Source: Bacteroidota bacterium
GTDB lineage: Bacteria; Bacteroidota; Bacteroidia; Flavobacteriales; Flavobacteriaceae
Direction of reading: 5' to 3'
Assembly: GCA_043769905.1 (NCBI GenBank)
Contig: JAYVIW010000080.1
Span: 41,942-65,941, forward strand
DNA: 24,000 nt
In this document: positions 16,898-23,952 of the stretch, piece after piece
How positions within the stretch are numbered: the stretch's first letter is position 1
Layout of the letters: each line of letters begins with the position of its first letter
Notes under the pieces: model-generated
Databases searched by the model: none
What the model saw: only the letters and a program-made list of their open reading frames with translations
Told to the model about the DNA's origin: nothing
Translations under genes and position numbers: made by a program

Positions 16898-17320
16898 TTA
16901 TTTACAAAATTTACTATAACCTGAACAGCCATTATTATCGCCATTATCACAAGCCAATTTTAAATATTTACAACAATTTGCCATATCATTTTTTTTGCCA
17001 TAAACTATTCCGCATTTTAACATTGCTTCCGAATTATTTGGATTTAATTGCAAGGCTTTTTTATAACAAGTTAAAGCAACATCATAGTTGAGTTTCTTTT
17101 GATAAATAACACCTTTTGTATAATAAGCGTTTGAGTTGTTTGATTCAATACTTATTGACTTGTTGATGTAAATAATTGCATTATCTAAATCGTTCGTTTC
17201 AATTGAATTAACTGCGGATTTATAATAAGTTTCAGCAATTGAAGTTTTTTTTGTCTGTGAATTAACGTTGTAACTTATAACAAGCAATATTATATATATT
17301 GAATTTATTATTGATTTCAT
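16898..17320 (-). CDS. Secreted tetratricopeptide (TPR)/Sel1-like repeat protein with a Cys-rich C-terminus
   Basis: 140 aa. Signal peptide MKSIINSIYIILLVISYNVNS. TPR-like repeats (NAYYTKGVIYQKKLNYDVALTCYKKALQLNPNNSEA). The C-terminal KLACDNGDNNGCSGYSKFC resembles the Cys-bracketed Sel1-like repeats of Helicobacter Hcp proteins. Confidence 0.78.
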   Translation of the reverse strand: MKSIINSIYIILLVISYNVNSQTKKTSIAETYYKSAVNSIETNDLDNAIIYINKSISIESNNSNAYYTKGVIYQKKLNYDVALTCYKKALQLNPNNSEAMLKCGIVYGKKNDMANCCKYLKLACDNGDNNGCSGYSKFCK

Positions 17321-17334
17321 TTTATTATTTTTAA

Positions 17335-17730
17335 TTATGATACAAATAACTCTGAATATTGACGGTTAAAAATTTTTTCAATAGATTGATTAATTTCGTT
17401 TTGGGTCAATCCCAATATGTAACCCATTTTAGGTAAATGTTTGTATGTTATTTCTTTAAAATTTACAAACCAATCTTGAAGCATTATTGCAAATAGTGGA
17501 TTGTCAGTATCCATATTGTAACCTTCACTTTTTAAAAGTAATATGTGTTCTTTTAGACCATTATCGAACGAATCTTTTATCATCCATTCAAATTTATCAA
17601 GATTTATTTTGTGATTCTTATCAGGTAGAAAAAAATCATTATTATTTTTTGGATTTGGTTCATTTGAATTAACTTTAAAAAACAAGTATATTAAAAAAGC
17701 AACAATTGAGATTCCTAAAATTTGTAACAT
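17335..17730 (-). CDS. Hypothetical N-terminally membrane-anchored protein (131 aa)
   Basis: N-terminal TM segment LQILGISIVAFLIYLFF followed by a soluble domain. Ends 14 nt before the TPR gene start. Confidence 0.6.
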   Translation of the reverse strand: MLQILGISIVAFLIYLFFKVNSNEPNPKNNNDFFLPDKNHKINLDKFEWMIKDSFDNGLKEHILLLKSEGYNMDTDNPLFAIMLQDWFVNFKEITYKHLPKMGYILGLTQNEINQSIEKIFNRQYSELFVS

Positions 17731-17757
17731 AAGATTTAGTTAAGTGTGTTTTTCAGT

Positions 17758-18168
17758 CTAAAAAAAGGGGGTTGTGCCTTTATATTTTTCATAAAATTTT
17801 TCGTTAAAGTTATCTATTGACAAGTCAATCGAATTTAGTATATACTGTTGGTCATCATTACTGTTGAATTTCCATTTTATATTATGAGAATCTACAAGAT
17901 TTTTCATTGTCCATATTATATTCAAATCATTAAATGCTTTTACAATGTGAAATTCTACATATACTCCCTTACCCCTTGCTGAAAGGGTAACAGAATTATT
18001 AGTTCTATTAGTAACGCTCATCTCATAATCCTTTTTAAGAGAGTTAATTAAATAGCAATACCTGTTTTCAAGTCCGCCATCATTTTTAATTTGTGTTATG
18101 TCCTTGTTAAATGCCTTGTTAAAATTAAATAAAAAAAGAATAACTACTAATGCTAAAAATATCCACAT
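17758..18168 (-). CDS. Hypothetical N-terminally membrane-anchored protein (136 aa), first gene of the cassette
   Basis: N-terminal TM segment MWIFLALVVILFLFNF followed by a probably beta-rich soluble domain. Ends 27 nt before the next gene. Confidence 0.6.
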   Translation of the reverse strand: MWIFLALVVILFLFNFNKAFNKDITQIKNDGGLENRYCYLINSLKKDYEMSVTNRTNNSVTLSARGKGVYVEFHIVKAFNDLNIIWTMKNLVDSHNIKWKFNSNDDQQYILNSIDLSIDNFNEKFYEKYKGTTPFF

Positions 18169-18225
18169 AATTTTTGATTTTAATTAATATTTCAACAAAA
18201 ATAAACTTCTATAAATTCATTACTT

Positions 18226-18239
18226 TACGGGAAACCGTA
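18226..18239. promoter_or_regulatory. Palindrome TACGG-GAAA-CCGTA in the divergent XRE/cassette intergenic region (candidate operator)
   Basis: Perfect 5+5 inverted repeat with a 4-nt spacer. It is the only G+C-containing element in the 165-bp divergent promoter region. Confidence 0.25.
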
Positions 18240-18333
18240 TTGAAACGATATTTTTTAAATATTTTTAAAATATAATAAAAATTGGGAGCGAATACGCTTT
18301 CAAATGATTTTTATTTCTTATCGACCTTTGAAA

Positions 18334-18561
18334 ATGATTTCAGGGCAAACTTTTATAGAAAATTTAGGAATCCATATACGGCAAATAAGAGAACGGAAAA
18401 ACCTTTCGCAACAAAATTTAGCCGATATGTGTAACTCGCCTAAATCTACAATTGCAAGAATAGAAAGAGCCGAAATGAATACATCTATAAAAACGCTTGT
18501 AAAAATTGCAAATGCTTTAGAAATTAAGCCAAAAGAATTGTTAGATTTTCAAATAAAATAA
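18334..18561 (+). CDS. XRE-family (cI/Cro-like) helix-turn-helix transcriptional regulator
   Basis: LGIHIRQIRERKNLSQQNLADMCNSPKSTIARIERAEMNTSIKTLVKIANALEIKPKELL is a canonical HTH_3 pattern. The start at 18334 gives a typical length; 18304 is the alternative. Confidence 0.82.
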   Translation: MISGQTFIENLGIHIRQIRERKNLSQQNLADMCNSPKSTIARIERAEMNTSIKTLVKIANALEIKPKELLDFQIK

Positions 18562-19056
18562 TTTTTACAGTTCAGCAAACACAACCACATACTAAACGGC
18601 TATAATCTATTAATTTACAGAAGTTTATAATTTCTTCAAACAGTCTTTATACGATATAATAGCATATATAAAGCATTATTTTAACATAGCATTTTAGTAT
18701 GGTTAATCCATATCTTTAAACCTAACGACATAATTAACATAGGAAATAAAATTATCTGTTATTCTTTTTGCTGTGCGGATTATTAATTAATATTTGTTAA
18801 TCAAATCCTTATAAGCCAATTTTAACTATAATTAACAACTTGCATAAATAACTAAAAAATTACAAGTGTATATTACTCCCGATAGTCCCAACATTGTTGC
18901 TGGACGTGTAGCAGTTTCTTTGGAGGACACCCCACTAATTTATTTGAAAAGATATTTGATAATTTCATTTTATTTTTTTTGGGGAAATATTTTTTAAAGT
19001 TTATTTTAAAGCTATGTTTATTGACTAGAAAAAAGCAAAAGCCATCAGTAATACAA

Positions 19057-19067
19057 TAATCGTACAA
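19057..19067 (+). repeat. Third copy of TAATCGTACAA (candidate integrase arm-type site at the tRNA-proximal end)
   Basis: Identical 11-mer to 11615-11625 in the same orientation, 58 bp inside the attR repeat. Confidence 0.4.
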
Positions 19068-19070
19068 ATA

Positions 19071-19119
19071 CTGAAAATAAAAAATCCTAACAACTTACCT
19101 ATAAAGTTATTAGGATTTT
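19071..19119 (-). terminator. Island-encoded rho-independent terminator immediately downstream of tRNA-Leu
   Basis: 16-bp stem AAAATCCTAACAACTT (19081-19096) / AAGTTATTAGGATTTT (19104-19119) with one mismatch and the 7-nt loop ACCTATA. On the minus strand it begins 6 nt after the tRNA 3' end and is followed by TTATTTT. Confidence 0.6.
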
Positions 19120-19124
19120 ACAAA

Positions 19125-19139
19125 GTGACCACGGTGGGA
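19125..19139. repeat. attR-like direct repeat GTGACCACGGTGGGA (within the tRNA-Leu 3' end)
   Basis: Perfect 15-bp identity with 11452-11466. Covers the 3' acceptor strand and part of the T stem of tRNA-Leu. Confidence 0.75.
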
Positions 19140-19208
19140 TTTGAACCCACACGCCCTTACGAGCACCAGCCCCTCAAGCTGGCAAGTCTACCGTTTCTCC
19201 ACGTGGCC
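19126..19208 (-). tRNA. tRNA-Leu (anticodon GAG), class II with a long variable arm
   Basis: Manual fold of 83 nt: acceptor GGCCACG/CGTGGTC (one G:U), anticodon stem CCAGC/GCTGG with loop TTGAGGG, variable arm TGCTCGTAAGGGCGT, T arm GTGGG-TTCAAAT-CCCAC. CCA is not encoded. Confidence 0.9.
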
Positions 19209-19254
19209 GAGACTTTAAACATAAAAAAAAAGTCATTCATTACGAACGACTTTG

Positions 19255-19327
19255 TGACCCGACTGGGGCTCGAACCCAGGACCCCATCATTAAAAGTGAT
19301 GTGCTCTACCGACTGAGCTATCGAGTC
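19255..19327 (-). tRNA. tRNA-Lys (anticodon TTT)
   Basis: Manual fold of 73 nt: acceptor GACTCGA/TCGGGTC, D arm GCTC-AGTCGGT-AGAGC, anticodon stem CATCA/TGATG with loop CTTTTAA, T arm CTGGG-TTCGAGC-CCCAG. Confidence 0.9.
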
Positions 19328-19351
19328 TTTATATGTTTTTAAATGCGAGTG

Positions 19352-19359
19352 CAAATATA
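19352..19359 (-). promoter_or_regulatory. Bacteroidota-type -7 box (TATATTTG on the minus strand) for the tRNA-Lys/tRNA-Leu transcription unit
   Basis: Exact TAnnTTTG match, 24 nt upstream of the tRNA-Lys 5' end. Confidence 0.4.
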
Positions 19360-19395
19360 AGAAGTTTATTTTATTAATTCAAAGGTATTTTATTT

Positions 19396-19403
19396 TAAAT
19401 TTG
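19396..19403 (+). promoter_or_regulatory. Bacteroidota-type -7 box (TAAATTTG) upstream of aroK
   Basis: Exact TAnnTTTG match, 52 nt upstream of the ATG at 19455. Confidence 0.3.
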
Positions 19404-19454
19404 TATTTTTTTATATTGATTGGTTAACATCCTAATTTATAATATTTTATTGAC

Positions 19455-19973
19455 ATGAGCAAAGTAGTTTTAATGGGTTATATGGGTTCGGGAAAGTCAA
19501 TTATTGGACAATTATTGTCAGAAAAAACTGGAATTTCATTCATAGATTTAGATAATTTTATCGAGTTGAAAGAAACAATAACCATAAAATCAATCTTTGA
19601 AAACAAAGGCGAAATTTATTTCAGAAAAATTGAACACCAATATTTTAAAGAATTATTACAATCCGACCAACATTTTATTTTGAGTACCGGTGGCGGTACA
19701 ATTTGTTATGCCAGTAATCATGAATTACTCAATAATAATGAAATAATTTCAATTTACTTGAACGCTTCAATCGATACCTTATATGACAGGTTAGTTGTCG
19801 AAAAAACAAAACGACCAATTATTGCTGAAAAATCTGAAATCGAAATGAGAGATTTTATTGCCAAACACTTGTTTGACCGCAACTACTATTACAACCAAGC
19901 CAAATTTAAAATTAATGTTAACAACAAATCTATTCAAGAAATTGTAATAGAAATAGAAAAAATATTAGCTTAA
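19455..19973 (+). CDS. aroK: Shikimate kinase
   Basis: 172 aa. P-loop GYMGSGKS, then FIDLD, FR..E and STGGG motifs in the usual shikimate kinase order. Confidence 0.9.
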   Translation: MSKVVLMGYMGSGKSIIGQLLSEKTGISFIDLDNFIELKETITIKSIFENKGEIYFRKIEHQYFKELLQSDQHFILSTGGGTICYASNHELLNNNEIISIYLNASIDTLYDRLVVEKTKRPIIAEKSEIEMRDFIAKHLFDRNYYYNQAKFKINVNNKSIQEIVIEIEKILA

Positions 19974-20462
19974 AAAAGCGTGATTGTTATTGTCTTCAAA
20001 AACCACATTGACATGTTCTAGCAATGATGTTGACAACGAAATACCTTTAAAATCAGCTTTTACAGGATATTTTTTATGGTTTCGATCTACCAAAACTGCT
20101 GTTTTGAATTTTTTTAAATCAACTTCCAAAAAATGTTTAACCCCATAGACCAAGGTTGTACCAGAATTGAGTACATCATCGACCAAAACCAAGTTTTTAT
20201 TTTGGTAATCTTTGGCATCGATTGATGTTAAGATGGTTGCTTTTGGATTATTTTTATCAATAAAAACCTCGCATAAAGTCGCTTTTATCGGAGATATTTG
20301 TTCTAAAACAACTGCTATTTTCTTGGCAAATAAAAATCCGTTATTGGCAATTCCTGCAATAATTATATCATTTTCATTAGAAAAGGTTTCATATATTTGA
20401 AAAGCAATTCTTTTTATTTTGTGTTCAATTTCTTGATGATTGAGTATAATATTTTTCGACAT
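19965..20462 (-). CDS. Phosphoribosyltransferase family protein (PyrR-like)
   Basis: PRPP-binding motif NLVLVDDVLNSGTTL and a PyrR-like N-terminus (ILNHQEIEHKIKRIAFQIYE...IIAGIANNGFLFAKKI). I prefer the start at 20462 (MSKNIIL) to the 13-codon extension in the track. Confidence 0.78.
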   Translation of the reverse strand: MSKNIILNHQEIEHKIKRIAFQIYETFSNENDIIIAGIANNGFLFAKKIAVVLEQISPIKATLCEVFIDKNNPKATILTSIDAKDYQNKNLVLVDDVLNSGTTLVYGVKHFLEVDLKKFKTAVLVDRNHKKYPVKADFKGISLSTSLLEHVNVVFEDNNNHAFLS

Positions 20463-20490
20463 AATTTTTCTTAATTTAATAAATAATTTT

Positions 20491-20877
20491 TTAATCTTCA
20501 AGCTCTAAATTTCCTTCTTCGGTATAACCATCAATATCTCGACGGTCCTTTTTTGTCGGTCGTCCATCACCATTTTTTCTATAATGCTCTTTTGATAATT
20601 TCATGAGCTCCAGATGCTGATAAACCTCCGCTGGCGTTTCATTTTTGCAATATATTTCGACTAATTTGGCACCTACACGATTTTCGGGCACGTCGACCAC
20701 TAAAATATTTTGAGTAATTTGGTCTTTTCTAAAAGTTATTTTATCGGTCGCAAAAACCTCTTTTGAGGGTTTAGCCACCAATCCGTTCACGGTTATATGG
20801 TTTTTTTTGCAGGCCTCGGTTACCATGTTTCGGGTTTTATAAAACCGCACGCACCACAAATATTTATCTACTCTCAT
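20491..20877 (-). CDS. S4-domain RNA-binding protein, Hsp15/HslR-like
   Basis: MRVDKYLWCVRFYKTRNMVTEACKKNHITVNGLVAKPSKEV is a typical Hsp15-like S4 domain. I prefer the start at 20877. Confidence 0.78.
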   Translation of the reverse strand: MRVDKYLWCVRFYKTRNMVTEACKKNHITVNGLVAKPSKEVFATDKITFRKDQITQNILVVDVPENRVGAKLVEIYCKNETPAEVYQHLELMKLSKEHYRKNGDGRPTKKDRRDIDGYTEEGNLELED

Positions 20878-20957
20878 AGTATTTTCAAAAATCAACGTTA
20901 AAATCTTTACAAAAATAAATCAATATTGTATCTTGCGAGCTTAAATTTCAATAAATA

Positions 20958-21950
20958 ATGAATAAATTTTTCAAAGTATTTTTTTTAATTGCATTATCAG
21001 TCATAATTACAAATTGCGAAGACGACGAGGAAGCATCTGTATCAACATTTGCAACCATTGATTTTGACGAACAATATAATACCGATCAAGCCAAAATAGT
21101 AACTTATCTCAAAACACATTCGATTACTTTTGATGCCGATATGAATCCTACTTACGCGGACGTACCGTTGCTAGACGCATCTTCGCTTTGGGGAACCAAT
21201 CCTACTGTTCATGGTTTAAAAATATTAGAAAGAGAAGTAATCTTTAACAGCAAATCATACGTGATTTATTTTGTTCAAGGAAATAAAGGCAGCGGGCAAC
21301 AGCCATGCAATGTTGATCAAGTTATGTGCAGCTATAGTGGAAAAATTTTAGATACCGATGTTGTTTTTGATTATAGCAATAACCAGCAAACAGCTTTTTT
21401 ATTATCAAATGTTGTTCGAGGTTGGGGCGAAATTTTTCCTCAATTCATGACCGCTGGTTCGTCATCAATAGCAGCAAACGGATCAATCAATTATAATGAT
21501 TTTGGGGCAGGAGTAATGTTTTTGCCTTCAGGATTTGCTTATTTCAATCAAACGCCATCTGCTTTAATTCCAAGTTATTCAACATTAATTTTTAGTTTTA
21601 AATTATTTAATTTAAAAAGAATGGATCAAGATGGCGACGGAATTTTATCTGTAGATGAAGATATAATCAAGGATTATTATATCACATCAGCAGATGACAC
21701 TGACGGTGACGGAATTGTAGATGCTGCAGATACTGACGATGACGGCGACAGAGTTTTTACCATCATTGAAAATCGTAGACCTGGTGTATTGGACGTTAAT
21801 GGAAAATTCACACAATATCCTTTTCAAGGTACAATACTTGATGATCCGTTGACAACAAATATTGATGAAACCCAAGGTGTACCAGATTGTTCTGGAAATT
21901 ATACCTCAACTACTCGAAAAAGAAAATATCTTGATGCTAGTTGTCAATAA
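20958..21950 (+). CDS. Lipoprotein with an FKBP-like domain and C-terminal Asp-rich DxDxDG calcium-binding-type repeats
   Basis: Lipobox IITNC. FKBP-like spacing (VMCSYSGKILDTDVVFDYS...FLLSNVVRGWGEIFPQFMTAG...MFLPSGFAYF...IPSYSTLIFSFKLFNL). Repeats DQDGDGILSVDED and DDTDGDGIVDAADTDDDGD. Confidence 0.6.
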   Translation: MNKFFKVFFLIALSVIITNCEDDEEASVSTFATIDFDEQYNTDQAKIVTYLKTHSITFDADMNPTYADVPLLDASSLWGTNPTVHGLKILEREVIFNSKSYVIYFVQGNKGSGQQPCNVDQVMCSYSGKILDTDVVFDYSNNQQTAFLLSNVVRGWGEIFPQFMTAGSSSIAANGSINYNDFGAGVMFLPSGFAYFNQTPSALIPSYSTLIFSFKLFNLKRMDQDGDGILSVDEDIIKDYYITSADDTDGDGIVDAADTDDDGDRVFTIIENRRPGVLDVNGKFTQYPFQGTILDDPLTTNIDETQGVPDCSGNYTSTTRKRKYLDASCQ

Positions 21951-21975
21951 AAAAGCAATTCAAAAACACAAAAAA

Positions 21976-22010
21976 ACCGTTTAAACATTTTGTCTAAACG
22001 GTTTTTCTTT
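21976..22010. terminator. Bidirectional terminator between the lipoprotein gene and the transketolase gene
   Basis: Hairpin ACCGTTTAAAC / GTCTAAACGGT with one mismatch, preceded by A7 and followed by T5. Both convergent genes end nearby. Confidence 0.6.
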
Positions 22011-22062
22011 GAAATAACTTTGTCAAAACTTAATTTACTTTAACAATTAACAAATTTTAAAA

Positions 22063-23952
22063 TTATTTTCTTTTCACAACTCTTTCAACTGCCTCGACAA
22101 TTGCTTGGTTATTTAATTTATATTTTTCCATTAACAATTCTGGCGTTCCACTTTCGCCAAAACTGTCGTTTACGGCTACAAATTCTTGAGGTGCTGGTTG
22201 GTTCAAGCTTAAAACTCTGGCTACACTTTCGCCTAATCCCCCAAGAATGTTGTGTTCTTCGGCAGTAACAACACATCTGGTTTTGGCCAATGAATTCAAT
22301 ATTGCTGTTTGGTCTAATGGTTTGATAGTATGAATATTCAAAACTTCGGCAGAAATGCCTTTGGCTTCAAGTTTTTCGGCAGCAATTAAGGCCTCCCAAA
22401 CCAAATGCCCAGTAGCCAAAATAGTAACATCAGTTCCAGATTTTAGTAAAATAGCTTTCCCTATTTCAAATTTCTGATCAATAGGCATAAAGTTAGGCAC
22501 AACTGGGCGACCAAAACGCAAATAAACTGGTCCTTGGTGGTCCGCTATTGCAAGAGTTGCCGCTTTTGTTTGATTATAATCACAAGTATTGATAACCGTC
22601 ATGCCTGGCAACATTTTCATTAGCCCAATATCTTCAAGAATTTGGTGCGTCGCACCATCTTCACCCAAAGTCAATCCTGCGTGCGAGGCACATATTTTGA
22701 CATTTTTATCAGAGTAAGCAACCGATTGACGAATTTGATCATAAACACGACCAGTTGAAAAGTTAGCAAATGTACCTGTAAACGGAATTTTATTTCCAAT
22801 CGTTAATCCAGCTGCAATTCCAATCATATTTGCCTCGGCAATACCGATTTGAAAGAAACGTTCTGGATGGTTTTTCTTAAAATCATCAAATTTTAATGAA
22901 CCTATTAAGTCGGCACAAAGCGCTACAACATTTGGGTTGGTTTCACCCAACTCTGTCATACCAGCACCAAAACCTGATCGGGTGTCTTTACTACCAGTAT
23001 TCATGCTTTGAACACCTGCTTCAGGAATTTTAAATAAAAATTCTGAAGTTGTGCTTTTTGTATTTGTTGTATGTTGATGATTGCCACCTTTTGGAGCAAT
23101 TAATTTGTAATCGCCTAAAGTCTCTAGGTTTTGAGATAAGGCATTTTCAAGTTGTGCATCGTTTGGTGCTTTCCCGTGCCATGCGTGGCTGTACATCATG
23201 TAGTCAACGCCATTGCCCATTTCAGTATGGAGTAACACGCAAACTGGTTTTCCGTTTCGAGTTTTAGATTTTGCATCGTTCATTCCAGAAATTATTGCTT
23301 CAATATCATTTCCCTTTATAATGTCAATAACTATCCAATCAAACGCTTCGAATTTGGCACGAATACTTCCCATATTCAAAACCTCATCTGTTGTTCCATC
23401 AATTTGTTTGCCATTTAAGTCAATTGTCGCTATAAGATTGTCAACACCTTTTGCTGACGCATACATTATTGCTTCCCAATTTTGACCTTCTTGCAATTCG
23501 CCGTCACCATGAAGCGTATATATTAGATGGTTACAATTGTTCAATTTTTTGGCTTGAGCTGCACCAATTGCAACAGACATTCCTTGACCTAAAGAACCAG
23601 AAGCAATTCGTACACCTGGCAAATTGTCGTGGGTTGTTGGGTGCCCTTGCAAACGAGTATTAAGCAACCTAAATGTTGATAATTCGTCAATTGGAAAATA
23701 ACCACTTCTTGCCAAAACACTATACAAAACAGGGGAGATATGACCATTTGACAAAAAGAAAACGTCTTCGCCAATCCCGTTCATTTCAAAACCTGGTTTT
23801 CTGTCCATTAAGTTTTGATAAAGTGTTACCAAAAATTCTGCACATCCAAGCGAACCGCCTGGATGACCTGAATTGACTGCGTGCACCATCCGAAGAATAT
23901 CTCGACGAACTTGAGTTGTAAAATCTTGTAGTTGTTGTGTGTTTGGTTTCAT
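22063..23952 (-). CDS. tkt: Transketolase, single-chain short form (N-terminal TPP-binding half fused to Pyr/C-terminal half)
   Basis: The N half has SGHPGGSLG, GSLGQG, HGDGELQEGQNWEA and DLNGKQIDG. The C half has KDTRSGFG, GIAEANM, GEDGATHQ..EDI and NIHTIKPLD. I prefer the start at 23952 (MKPNTQQLQDF); the track ORF starts at 24000. Confidence 0.9.
   Translation of the reverse strand: MKPNTQQLQDFTTQVRRDILRMVHAVNSGHPGGSLGCAEFLVTLYQNLMDRKPGFEMNGIGEDVFFLSNGHISPVLYSVLARSGYFPIDELSTFRLLNTRLQGHPTTHDNLPGVRIASGSLGQGMSVAIGAAQAKKLNNCNHLIYTLHGDGELQEGQNWEAIMYASAKGVDNLIATIDLNGKQIDGTTDEVLNMGSIRAKFEAFDWIVIDIIKGNDIEAIISGMNDAKSKTRNGKPVCVLLHTEMGNGVDYMMYSHAWHGKAPNDAQLENALSQNLETLGDYKLIAPKGGNHQHTTNTKSTTSEFLFKIPEAGVQSMNTGSKDTRSGFGAGMTELGETNPNVVALCADLIGSLKFDDFKKNHPERFFQIGIAEANMIGIAAGLTIGNKIPFTGTFANFSTGRVYDQIRQSVAYSDKNVKICASHAGLTLGEDGATHQILEDIGLMKMLPGMTVINTCDYNQTKAATLAIADHQGPVYLRFGRPVVPNFMPIDQKFEIGKAILLKSGTDVTILATGHLVWEALIAAEKLEAKGISAEVLNIHTIKPLDQTAILNSLAKTRCVVTAEEHNILGGLGESVARVLSLNQPAPQEFVAVNDSFGESGTPELLMEKYKLNNQAIVEAVERVVKRK

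Larger units (their letters stand above)
11452..19139. mobile_element. Integrative genomic island (~7.7 kb) inserted in tRNA-Leu(GAG); phage-satellite-like or integrative-element-like
   Basis: 15-bp direct repeats at both ends, one of them inside an intact tRNA. Carries a tyrosine integrase, an excisionase-like HTH, a Rep-like ORF and an XRE regulator. Cargo is very AT-rich: spot counts give 9/60 G+C at 14041-14100 and 11/60 at 16081-16140, against 23/60 at 1381-1440 in ffh. Confidence 0.8.

Noticed and set aside
16792-17091. 99-aa plus-strand ORF spanning the gap between the TPR gene and the 258-aa gene.
   Set aside because: It overlaps the 3' end of the TPR gene and the tightly coupled 58-aa minus-strand ORF. 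Its product is low-complexity (Tyr/Asn/Leu/His-rich) and no promoter context was seen.
18873-19067. 64-aa minus-strand ORF in the tRNA-proximal arm of the island.
   Set aside because: The translation looks random (MYDYCITDGFCFF...). It would start inside the terminator-adjacent arm and has no plausible start context. I treat the region as non-coding.
19125-19354. ORFs 19125-19316 (+) and 19157-19354 (-) from the track.
   Set aside because: They run through two tRNA genes that fold cleanly (Leu-GAG and Lys-TTT). They are open only because structured tRNA sequence lacks stops.
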